This document shows positions 22,401 to 34,100 of a stretch of 64,000 bases of DNA, piece after piece. This DNA is from Cyanophora paradoxa CCMP329 (Eukaryota > Plantae > Glaucophyta). Within the stretch, counting starts at the first letter, position 1; each line of letters begins with the position of its first letter. The position numbers were made by a program, and so were the translations under genes. Below the pieces are notes generated by a model. That model saw nothing but the letters and a program-made list of their open reading frames with translations, did not search any database and was not told the origin of the DNA. Where the stretch lies: NCBI GenBank assembly GCA_004431415.1, contig QPMI01000089.1:310001-374000 (forward strand), given 5' to 3'.

Positions 22401-25400
22401 ATAAGCTTTGAGCTCTGAGGCGCTAGATTTAGATCTAGATCTAGATCTAGATCTAGACGTCCTCGGGGCTCACCTGAGGGAGGAAGCCCGTCGCGTACAC
22501 GTCCGCCACGGGCGCCGCGCCCGCCGCCTCCTGCGCCGACTCGCGCGCCACCTGCCGGGGCGGGCCCACAAATTAGAGACACGGGCGGACGAGCACTCGC
22601 GGACGAGCTAATGAACGGAAGCTTCGAGTCGAGCATATAATTACACTGACGGCGAGCTTAAGATCGGGCGGCGACTTATCAGCTTGTGGCCTTCAGCCAG
22701 CTTAAGCTTCCACTTGAATTTAAGCTTGTGTTATGTACGGCGGCGGGCCGGGCCGGGCACCTCGTCGAGGTTCTCGAGCGCCTTGGCGGCGATGGGGGAG
22801 GACTCGAAGGCCGCCGCCGAGTCGAAGGGCCCGGCCTCCGCCTTGCCCGCCCTCGCCGGCTTCTGCTTCCCCTGCCTGCGTGCACGTGCCCGCGCCGGCG
22901 GTCAGCCAGGGGCCGGGCCGCGGACGACTGCAGTCGGCTATCTTCGCTTGCTTGTTCTCAACCCCATTCCAAGCCCCATTTCCAAACCAGGGGGCCAGGG
23001 GGGTATGGGGGAGGGGGGGCGGGGCGGGGCGGACACGACGTCGAGGATGAAGTCGGCGACGTTGCGCGTCTCCTCGCACTCGAAGCCTGCGCGCCGCGGG
23101 GGGCGTCGGGCGCGGCTCGGGCCAGGGGGGCGTCGGGTGGGGAAGCTCAAGAGGGCGGGCGGCATGGCGCTGGCTAGACATTCGACGCCTGCACGTCGGG
23201 CGGGGGAAGGGGAGGCGGCGGTGGCCGCTAGGCTAGCTGTAGCGGAACGAGGATTTCTAGGCCGCGAGGGGCGTAGGGCGGGGCAAGGGGAGGCGGCGGG
23301 GCGGGTGGGTGGGGCGGGCGGGGGGCATGGCATCGCATCGCTAGGCTCGAAGACTTCTTAGAAGCCATCGCTAGGAAATTGTTTGCGCATGCGGCGCGGG
23401 AGCGCGCGCGGATCGATCAAGTAATCGGTATATATTGATGGGGGCGGACCATGGCCCTCGAAGTAGGCGAGGAGGTCGCGGCACTGGTCGCCGGTGGGCC
23501 CGAAGTAGGCGGTCCGCCCCCCGCGCCGCAGCAGCAGCAGCCAGTCGAACATCTGCCGCAAACTCTTATAACATCTTCTAATTATAACATAGAAAGCGGC
23601 GCATCCGTTAAAGCAGTTCTTATATAGAAATTAAAGCGGTGTCTCTCTCACCTCGAAGAGGGCCTCCGACGGCTGGTGGATCGTGCTGCCGTGGGGCGCG
23701 CGCCGGCCCGTCAGCACTCCGTCTTTGGATTAAGATGCCTCTTGGGCTGTACATCTCTTATGCTCCACCTCATCTCTCATTTATGCTCGATTGCAACCAT
23801 CTCAGGGTATCAGCGCGCGTCGCCATCTTAGACTCTCATCTCATCTCCGCCCTCAGCCGTCGCCTCAGCCCTCCCTCCGGGATACCAGACCGCCGGACCC
23901 TCATAATCAAGTCTAGGGCTCGGAGGCGAAGAAGGCGGACCAGATGACGGCGACGCCGGAGCGGGCGAGGCTCTTGACGCTCTTCATGATCATCGCCGCA
24001 GCCACTGCGTCCAGCCCGCTCGTCGGCTCGTCTGGCGCGCGCGCGGGGTTGGATCAGACGGACGGACGGACGTATAGATTGACGGATTGGCGGGCGCGGT
24101 CGATATATATCGATGGCGGTCGAGTCAAATAGAATGGATGGATGGATGGATAGATGGAAGGAATTGATATTCGAAGGAAGAAAGCTTAAGGATCGGATCA
24201 TATCACGCGTCTAGTTTCGTAGCAGATCAGATCCTATATGTCGGGGCGCACCGAGGAAGAGTAGGCTGGGGTTGGAGACCATCTCGATGGCGATCGTCGT
24301 CCGCTTCCGCAGCTCCGGTGAGGACCTGAGCGGAGGTGAGCAGAGGGGCCAGGCCTGAGAAAGCCGGCTCGAATCGAGCTGGAGGGGGCGGGGCGGGGCG
24401 GACCCCTGGCCGAGGAGGACGTGCGCGTAGTCCGTCAGGTTCAGCTGCCGCATGATGTTCTCGGCCTGCGCGGGGTGCGCGTCACAAGCGACGGGGACGT
24501 CGACACGGCGCGACTGCGGGGTACGCGTCACAAGCGATCTCGGGGCGCTAGCGCACGAAGTCGATCTTCTCGAAGCGGGAGAAGGAGTCCGGGAGGCGGA
24601 GCATGGCCGAGAAAACCACCGCGTCCCGCACCGTCTGTGTCCCCAGCAGCAGGTCGAACTGCGCGCGAGCGAACGAAGGAAAGGATCAGACGGCGCATCA
24701 GATCAGATCAGATCGGATCAGATCAGATCAGACTGACCTGCTCGACATATCCCGCGACGCGGTTGAAGAACTGGTCCTTCGGCTTGCCGTTCACTGCGCG
24801 GGCGAGGGTACTAGTTAGGAGACGCGCACAAAACATGTTCAAGCGACCGCGGGGTTCGAATTCGAACAGGCGGACCGAGGATCTCGCCGCCGATCTTGCC
24901 GCCGGTCTTGCGGCCGGCAAGGACATCCATCAGCGTCCTGACCCGGTGCCAAGCTTCAGTTAGATCAAATCAAAAATTTAAAGCAACAACAGAACGCAGG
25001 CGTGGGATGCATATGCATAGGGAAGCGCAACGCACGTTTTGCCGCCGCCGCTGGGGCCCATGAGCTGTTGGTCGGCAATAAAAATATTTAGAAAACATTG
25101 GATCCGGAGCGCTGAACGGGAATTATACTAGCGGGCGCGCTAAGCGCACCGCGATGAGCATGCCCGGGCGAACGAAGCCGTTGATGTTCTGTAGGAGAAC
25201 CTGTGGGGTGGCCGTTAAGTCAGCATTCAGACCGGGGTATGCGGAATGGCACGGAAACCGGATTGGGGTTACACGTGCCTTTTCGACCGTGCTGCCGTTC
25301 TCGTCCTTGGCAGTGACAGAGTAGCTGAGGTTCTTGAAGGTGATGTACCCCTTGGCCTGCGTGCACGCGAGTGAGTCACGACCCACGCGCTCTCTTCGCC

Positions 25401-28400
25401 ACTATAATATGCACTCCGTATTCGCCACTTCGTTCGCACCGGCTTGATGCCCTTAGATGAGTTGACGGGCACGACGAAGTTGTTGCCCTTGCGCGACGGC
25501 CCCGGCGCCGGGGGCGCGAAGTCCTGCCCCTCGACGTCCTGCGCGCGCGACCGCGACGACGGGTCCCATGATCAGGCCATCGAAAACGGCTTCCAACAGC
25601 CTTCCATCAGGTCTCATATGTATATATATGCAGGCCATATGAAGTAAACTTTCGATATCCTTTGCGCAGCCTCCTGAGAATGAAATAGTCGGACCTGGGC
25701 CTCGACGACGGCGTCCTCGGAGGGGTCCTCCCCGAAGGTGAAGGGCTTCGTCGTCGGGTCGTCCAGCTTCGACTTGCGCGCGTGCGCGAACCGCACGTGC
25801 TGCCCGGCGCCGACGTCGACGTCAGAGCTCGAACCGCGAAATCGCTCGGAGCTAGATGGGATGGCTATAGCTAGAGGGGACACCGCCCGCTTCATGATCA
25901 GCGGGCACGCCTAGTGCTCTCCACCGCCATTTCACCTTAAATCTCGCCCGACGCCGACGCCGGCGTCAGATCTAGAGCTCGGACCGCGAAATCGCTCGGA
26001 ATCGCTTAGAGCTAGCCGCTCGAAATCGCTCGGGAGCGGACCTTGAGGGCGAGGTACCCGAGGAACTGGAGCAGGACGTAGAAGCCGACGCAGATTACGA
26101 GGTCTCGCCAGCTGCGCCGACCCGAATTATTTTGAGTTTCGAACCGAATTTCCGAGCGCATGCGCAAGTCTAGATCTAGGTCTACATGGCCGATTTCGCG
26201 GCGGTTTCGAAAGCGTAGAAGAGCGCGCGCACATCCACTCGCGGTCGGTCTCGAGCTGGAACTGCTTGAGGGAGAGCTGGCCGGTCCACTCGGGCATGAC
26301 GGGGGCGACGCCGGCCGGGGGCGGCGGCACGGGCATCGAGCCGGGGACCGGCAGATCGTACTTCAGGTCGTGCATCTCGTTGATCGCGAGCGCCTCGATG
26401 GGGTACTGTCAAGGGGAGGTGGGATCGGTCAAAACCATCAAACTTGAGATGACGTTAAATAACGCTGTTCCTCACCTTCATGAAATCGAGGTAGTGCATC
26501 TGGAACGCAAAAGGAGTGAGCGAATACCAAAGTCGCACAGGACTGAAGTCAGAGACACTCACCCAAATCCAAGGCCTGCCACAACACGACGCGAGCGACA
26601 TCGACGGCGACCGGTTCGTGATCAGCCCAACTTGTTCGCAGCCTCGTACAACGGGCCGGGCGGGCGGAGGCGGGCGAGCAGACCGGGGGATGTTGTCGCG
26701 GGGCACGAGGAAGCCGTTGAAGAGGAAGAGGACGGAGAGGACCGCCGGCCCGAACGTCGATCCCGAGCTGAATTCGAAGTCGCCTCGTGAGAAGTGTGTA
26801 TACAAGCGCGGCAAGCTCAAGCGTGCGTGTTCATGTCTCTAGCGGCAAGCTGAAATGTACTTGAGTGAAAAGCTTGAGCTTAAACCTAAGTGTGCGTAGT
26901 TCTAGCTCACCGCACGTCGCGGAAGACGCTGGTCACGATCTTCATCGCTCCGTCGGACATGATTCGCGTCTGCGCGAGTCGGACACGAAGCTCAGCGGCG
27001 AGCGAGAAGAAGCTCAAGCTCAGCGGCTGCGATGCGAATTCCAATGGGCGCACGAGGAACATGCCGGCGAGGAAGATCCCGAATCGCTGCCCGCCGTCCA
27101 CCCGCTGCAGGTTCGGCGGCTGCGCAGTTTGCGGTGGTTCGCGTCAGGGCCGGCAGTGCAAATGGGCGATCCATGGCCAGATCCAGAGGGCGGGTCAGGG
27201 AGCCGCCGCGCACAAAGTAGGCGATGAGGGAGAAGAAAAGGGCCTCCAAGAAGAAGAAGTGCAGCTCGTGCGCGATGTGCGCCAGAAAGTACTTCGATTC
27301 GGGATCGAACGAATGTTAGTGTCGGAACCGCAGATCGATTTCGGGCGGGGCGGGGCGGGGCGGACGGCGGAGGTGCGGAAGTAGCCGGCGCGCTGCTGAC
27401 GGTAGAAGACGGCGCGCTCCTGGAAGGCCTTCGGGATCGTCGCCGTCGCCTTCGAGATCGAACGAAAGTGTCGGGATCGAACGAATGTTTCGGGATCGAA
27501 CGAATGTTTCGGGATCGAACGACAGATCTAGAAGAGCGCACCTGCCAGCTGATGCCGGCGACGCCGAAGAAGATGATGCTCATCCGGTAGCTCCCGCCCC
27601 TGCACGCGTGAGAAGAAGCTCAAGAAGGTGCCGTCGAGGGTGGTTGGCGCGAGCGAAGGTGAACGGCGGCGCACGTGATGGTGGCGGGCAGGTTCGCGAA
27701 CAGGGTGCCCCTGGCACGCGAAACAAAACAAATTCAGAATGACGGTCAATATACATCGCGGCGCGCGCGCGCGCGCACAGCATGAAGCCCATGCCGATGG
27801 CGCAGCCGAGGCGAAAGGCGACGGCGATCTTGTCACGGTAGAGGAGCCGCAGCTGGCGGACGAGGCAGAGCCAGAACATGAGGGGGAAGCCGGCGCCGTA
27901 CTCGCCGGGCAGCTGCCCAGGCGCGGGCCGGCGGCGGGCGGCGGGGCCGCGCGCGAGCTCCTCCAGCTTGGCCTGCTCCTCCAGAGCGGTGCTGGACTGC
28001 TCGAAGGCGTGCGCGAAGCCGGCGTAGGTGAGGGGTACGTTCGGGTGGAGGACGTCGCCGGGGCCCGCGGCCGCGGCCGGCGACGGGCCGCGGTCCGGAT
28101 CCGCGCCGGCGCCGGCGGGGGCGGCGAGGCCCGCGGCCGCGGGGGCGTGGACCGACGACGGCACGCACTTCCTGCAGCCTTCGCAACCGTTCGAGTCAGT
28201 TTTTATTTCCGAGAGTGCGGCCGGAAGATCTAGAGCTTCGGCTAAGCTTTCTTGGGTGCGTTCAGCCCAAGGGGAGGGCCGGGGCGGGGCGGGCCGCACC
28301 GACGAAGTACTCGCGGCCGCTGGGCTCGATGACGGCCTGGAGGAAGTCGGCGGCGTTGACGTGCGACGGGATCCGGTAGCCCAGTCCCTCGAAGTGGCGG

Positions 28401-30597
28401 ACGGGCTCGTCCCCGCCCGGCCCGTTGTACGCCACGTGGCCTGCATGCACGCGAGGCGGCCGTGTCGGCCGCGTCGGTCCGAGCGTCGCGATCGCGAGGT
28501 CGGCTCTAGATCTGCTTACCGTGCCCGAGGAGGATGACGCGGTCGAACAGCGAGTAGCTCTCTGATCATGACCGGGAGCCGGCGTGAGCTTTATATGTAT
28601 AGGGCGAGGAGGCCTAGGCCGCGGGCGGGCGGACCGTAGCTGGGCTGCAGGAGCGACATGACGACGATGTGCCCCGAGTCCGCCATCGCGCGGGCGCAGC
28701 GGCAGAGCTGCGCGTGTCGAGTCAGCCACGGCCGGAAATTTGGAAATGTGGCGCACGTCGAGCGTGGAGGAGGCGTCGAGGCCGGTGCTCGGTTCGTCCA
28801 TGAGGAGGATGGGGGCGCCCACGACGCCTTCCACCCCGATGCTCACGCGCCTGCGGCGAAAACGTTCACATTCGCGCGTTCAATTTCGGGCAGGAATTCG
28901 ATCTAGATCTCGGTGCGTGCGTGCGCACCGGCGCTCGCCGCCTGACACGCCGCGAATGGACGCGTTGCCCTGCCGAAAAGTAAGATAGCTATAAGTAGAT
29001 AGCTATAAGTGTTTCGGAGAGAAGACGGACGATGATGGTGTCCTGGGCGTGCTTCAGGTTGAGCAGCTCGAGGCACATAGAGACCTGCCCGGGCGCAAGC
29101 ACAAGCAAGCATCAAAACCGCCGATTCGAGGCGCGGAATTCGAATCGGGCGTGCGGACGCGTACGGACCCGGCTGTTGATCTGGTCGTCGGAGAAGTGGG
29201 CGGGGAGGCGGGAGCGAGCCGAGAAATAGAGCGTTTCCCGCACGGTCAGCGTCGGGAAGTGCAGGTCCTCCTGCAGCGGAAGTGAGGAGGGGCGGGCGGG
29301 GCCGGGGCCGGGCGAGATCTAGATCTGGGGCGCGCGCGGATCGCGATCGGATCCGACCTGCTCGACGAGGGCGCACTGGCGCTTCCACATCGCCCCCTCC
29401 TGAGGGACTCCTGCGCGTAGATCAAATCAAACCAGATCAAATCTGGAGGCGCGGAGAGGCTCTTCGGGGGTAGGTTCGGGCACCGTTCAGGAGGATCTCG
29501 CCCCGGACCTGGCGGAAAGGGAGCAAAAAGGAATCGCTATGAGCCGCAACGACGACGCGATCGATCGCGAGATCTGTTTCGGCACGTGCACTTGCCTCAA
29601 GACCGGAGCTCTTCGCGTTGCCCGCCAGCGTCTGTAGCAGCGAAGTCTTCCCGGCGCCTGCCACGCCGAAAAAAAGAAACGAAGGGTACATGAGAATCGA
29701 AGGGGCGGGATCGATATCGGAGAAACACGCGGGGCTGATCATGAACTGACCAGGCGCGCCCAGGATCAGGACCAGATTTCCGCCCTGCGCGCGAATTCGA
29801 ATTAATCCCAAACAGAAAACTGATCACGATGAAGCTTAAGGAAGCTACAGCTACTTCAAATTAAGCGCACCTTCAAGGCGGCGTTGAAGTTGCGCAGGGC
29901 GGGGTGCCTGTCGCCCTTGCTGCCCACGTGGTCCAGATGCAGGCCGCCTGTACATGCGCATCGAGTAATTATAAATGGATGCGAGCACACGACACCAACA
30001 ATTGATCGCCCCATGGCCATGGCATGGCCAAGAATCGCGCGCACGGATCGTGAGGAGGATGTCGTTCCCAGAGGCCGCGGTGCCCTCGCAGTGGTCGCTG
30101 AGGTACTGAAGGACAAGAGAACCGCCCGCGGCCGCGGGCTTGCTCGGGCCGCCATGGGGCGAGGGGTGCACGGGGGCGGCCATGGCCACGTCGCGCTGCA
30201 GATTCGCGGGCTGCGTATGCCCACCTGCTGCGCCCGCTGCAGCTGGTTCTGGATCCATAGCCAGGGTTGCAGGCGCTGCGGCTTGCTGTGGGGTCGGCTC
30301 AGCAGCCGCGACCGCAGATGGCGTGGGGGCGGCGCCGGCGGCGCCGGTCGCGGCCGCGGGCAGGATGCCCTCGGCGGACGAAGGCCGGTGGTGCGCGTGC
30401 ATCACGACGGGGGGAAGCTCCGCGAGGACTTTTTCCGTCGATTCGCCTGCCGACGCCGCAGAGAGAGCGGCCTGAGCTGCGGCCGCGGCGGCGGAAGCCG
30501 TTATTTGGGCGGGCGAAAGCCAGCCGCCGACAGAGGCTGGAGCGAGCGGCGCGGGGGTGCCGGGTTCAACGTCTGCTTCTGCTGCTGCTGTTTCCAT
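19438..30597 (-). CDS. Full-size ABCG (PDR-type, NBD-TMD-NBD-TMD) ABC transporter, many exons
   Basis: NBD1: ILGAP|GAGKTSLL, EDLHFPTLTVRETL, RGVSGGERR|RVSIG, LLMDEPSTGLD, SLLQP. TMD1 around 26000-27900. NBD2: LMGPSGGGK, AGYVEQ, SPELRKRTTIAIE, DEPTSGLD, TIHQPS, FDWLLLLRRGG. TMD2 ends WRNMGVLAVFMAGFR...RHIKR* (stop 19438-19440). ATG at 30597. Confidence 0.93.
19710..19808 (+). repeat. Structured ~90-bp dispersed element, copy 2, in the last intron of the ABCG gene
   Basis: 9-bp stem ggtccggcc...ggccggacc, gccgctg-GAAA-cagcggc, and a GCAA-capped third arm. Flanked by direct repeats gccgtcttaatctagca (19692-19708, 19809-19825). Confidence 0.7.
22427..22457. repeat. (agatct)n palindromic microsatellite in an intron
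   Basis: tagatctagatctagatctagatctaga. Related (agatc)n/(gatta)n tracts occur near 21756, 24697, 44506 and 60366. Confidence 0.85.
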
Positions 30598-31198
30598 GAG
30601 CTTCCAGCTGGCGCAGCGGCTTGCTAGCGAGCACGGCGCTGCCGCGCGCGGGCCGGGCCGCGGCCGGCGCGCGGGCGAATGCGCGGTTTAGGCCTCGGGC
30701 GCTCGCCGCTTGGGCGCGTACAATTGGGATTGTACTAGTTTAGTGCTGAGCTAAACCACGGCTGTATAACTGGCGCGCAGCAGCGCGCGCGGCGGCGCAG
30801 GGATGAACGGAGTCCGGGATCCGGAAAAGCTGCGGGCCAGCGGCTGCCAGGCTGGGGCTGGAAGCCTCGATCGGAGCCGCGGGCGCTTAGCTTCAAGTTG
30901 CGCACTTAGCGGCGCGGCGCGGGGAATCGATCTAGTGCTCGACCCGCGCAGTGCGCAGGGTCGGACGCAGAGGTGCTTCTTCCCCCCCTTCCACGACGCA
31001 CTAGCACTGTACCCCGACAGACGTCGAGGGTGGGGGGCAAGTCGCCGAACCGACGTCATGCTAGCGCTCATGATCAGCCTGGCAGCGGCTAGCGCTGCCG
31101 CGAACCGGCGCTGGATCCGGAAGGCGTTGAACATGAGCTGGCAAAAGCTTCGGGGGCAAAATGTCAAGTTAACGTTACGTTCTAATTATAATTCGAAC

Positions 31199-34100
31199 TC
31201 AAGCAACCCTAGAATTACGTATACTAGCACCAGCTGCAGCCACTACCGGCAGCTCAGCGCCTAGCGCCGTTCGGCAGCTGCAGGGCGGCGGTCCCCGTAA
31301 GCGGCGGCGCCGGCGAGGGCCGCCGCGGCGGAGGCGGCGCCGGCGGCGGCGGGGCCGCGGCGGGCCGGCGTCGGCGACGGAGGGCGGGGCGGAGGCGCGG
31401 CGCCCAGCGGCCGCCTCCTGCGCCTGGCGGGCCGCGAGCTCGCCGGGGACGCCCCCGGCCACCCCGCCCAGGGCGGCCCCGGCGGCGGCGCGCAGGCCCG
31501 CGAGCAGGGCGAGGGCGCGCCCGCCGGCGAGCCAGCGGGCGGCGTCGAAGGCCAGGCCGAGCTTGGGGAGGGTCTGCCCGACGAGAACGGCGGCGATGCC
31601 TAGGAGCGCCATCCCGTACATAAGCTGCGCGTGACGTCACGGACGGAGGGGGGGGGGGAAGGGGTGACGTCACGCGCCGAGCCGGCGTCGAAGAGGTAGG
31701 CGAGGTGGAGGGCGATGAGGCCGAGGAGGATGACGGCCTGTACCCCCGCCAGAAGCACGCCCTGCGCCTCCGCCTGCGCGCGCCGCCGCGTCAGCCGAGC
31801 CGAGGGGCCGTTAGTTTATAGCTGCTTCGATAGTTACTCAAGCTGCTATTATGATTTTATATTAACGCGAGCCGCTCGAAGAAGCCGGGGAGGGGCCGCA
31901 CGAGGCGGTTGGAGGACGGGTGCCACGCCAGGTGCGCGCTGCGGCGCGGCGCGGGTCGGCGGCGGCGGCGGCGATGATAAATGAAAGGGTACAGCTTTAC
32001 CAGAGGACGGCGAGCTCGAGGGCGAGCAGGAGGCCGAGTTGCTGGAGGGGGTACCGGTATGAGCGACGAGGACGGACGGGGAGGAAGGGGGGAGGGGGGG
32101 GGGGCTAGTACCGCGAGGGGGCCCCCGGGGGCGTCGGAGGGGCGGGCGGGCCCCTGCGGGGACATGAAGAGGCCGACGATCAGGGCGGCCGCCGCGCCCT
32201 TGAGCAGCTCCGCGATCCCGAACAGGAACTGCGCGCCGCCGGCTCAGCCAAATTGAAAGAAGAAGGAAGGAAAGGAGCCGAATCGGAGGGTTTGGCATAT
32301 AAGTAACTATCTAGCTAGCTGCGCGCGCCATGAGGCGGTCCGGGGCAAGAGAAGAGAAGCTAAGCAAAGGAATTCTAAGAAGTCTAGAGAGAAGCTAAGA
32401 GAGAAGAGAAGCTAAGCAAAGGAATTCTAAGAAGCGGGATCTGAATGTTGGGTATCCGCGCGCGCCATGAGGCGGTCCGGGGTCTAGTCTAGAATGTCCC
32501 CGGAGCTCATGATCATGATCAGACAAGTGGAAAAATGTTAGAGAAGGAAGCTAAGGTAATGTTGCGCGCCATGAGGCGGTCCGGGGTCGGGGTCTATCTA
32601 GCATCTAAAAGGCATAAAAGGCATAAAAGCATCTATCTATCTGTCATAAAGGCGAAATGAGTCGCGCGCGCCATGAGGCGGTCCGGGGTGTAGTCCTTGA
32701 AGAGGTCCATGAAGCCGAACGCGAAGGCCTCCGCCTCGCCTTTCGTTGGGGGCGGCGCCGCCCCGCCCGCCGGCCCCGCCCGCGCCGCGCGGGCCGCGAC
32801 GGCGCGCTGGTGCACCTCGTCCACGTCGTATGGGAGCTCCGCCTGCGCAGGCGGATTGGATTAGAGGCTAGCTTGGAGACTCGCCAGGCTGCTAGTTGTG
32901 CTATATTATTATAGTGTTAGCTGCAGTGAACTATAGTTAGCTATGGTGAGCTTACGGCGGGGATGCCGGCGGCGCGGGCGAGCTCGCTGCGGCCGCGGCC
33001 CTCGACGCGGATCGGGACCCACTCCCCGCGGAACACCAGCCGCCTCCGCTGCGCTCAGGTCAGATCAAATGGCTGGGCGGCTGCTTAAGATGAAGAAGGC
33101 TCGCGCACGCGGCGCCAGAGGATGCGGAGGACGTCGCGGGACAGCAGAAAGGCGTGCGCCGCCCGAACGTAGAGCCGCTTCAGCGGCAGCGCCCGCGGCC
33201 GCGCCCCGCCGTGCGCGCGCGCGTACCCCGCCGGGTCCGACGTCTGCTCCTCCCAGCGGCGCAGGCGGCGGGAGCCGGGGCCGGCCCCCGCGCGGAAGGC
33301 GGCGACGGCCAGGGCCGCCTTCATCGCTCCGCCGCCGCCCGGCGCCGCGCCCCACCCGCCCCTCCTCCGCCGGTTCCGAGGGCGCCACGGAGGCGGCCCC
33401 ACGCGGCTGCCTTCGAAGGGGCGGCGCGCTCGGCGGGAGCCGCCTCGTCCAGCTTGCCGCCGCCGCCGCCGCCGCGCTGCGGCTGCTGCTGCGCGGGGGG
33501 CCGCCGGTGCGCCCGCCACGCCCGCGCCACCGCCTCCCTCAGCGCCTCGGTACCCCCCTCGGGGTTGCCCGGCGTCTCCCCCTCCAGCTTCTCGCCCTCC
33601 TCGAGGATCGGGGCGACGAAGGCGGCGGAGGGGACGGCGGCACCCCCGAAGGGGTTGGGGAAGGCGGGGACCGCGAGCCCCCGCAGCGGGTCCGAGTGGG
33701 ACTCCTGTGCCGAAACCGCCGTCCTCAGACGGGCTGGGAGGGGGCGGGCCAAGTACAACGACAACGACAACAACAGCAACGACGCGCCTTGCTTGCGACG
33801 CCGACCTGCTCCCAGGGGCGCGCCCCGATGTCCGCCCGGGGCGTCACCTGAGGCAGGCCATCCCCCCTGCCCCACCGGCATCAGACAAAGAGCAGCGGGG
33901 GTAGAGGGGCGTACAGGGAGAGCTGGCCGCCCTTGCCGTAGTACCCGGGGGCCTCCCGCGCCTCCCGCTCCGCACGCTCCTCCGGCGTCTCGAGGTCGTC
34001 GTCCCCGCCGTCCCCCTCCGCCCCCGCCCCCGTCGGGTGCACCTGCACCTGCGCCGGCGCCTCAGTCCCCTTCGTTCTATCCCCAGGATCGGAGAAGAGG

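Noticed and set aside
27298-27522. Repeated ttcgggatcgaacgaatgt units
   Set aside because: Intronic ~19-bp tandem duplications within the ABCG gene, with no unique spacers.
32323-32688. Four 23-bp direct repeats with spacers, superficially CRISPR-like
   Set aside because: The repeat is the adjacent exon end, spacers are long, unequal and partly repeated, there are no cas genes, and the context is a eukaryotic intron.
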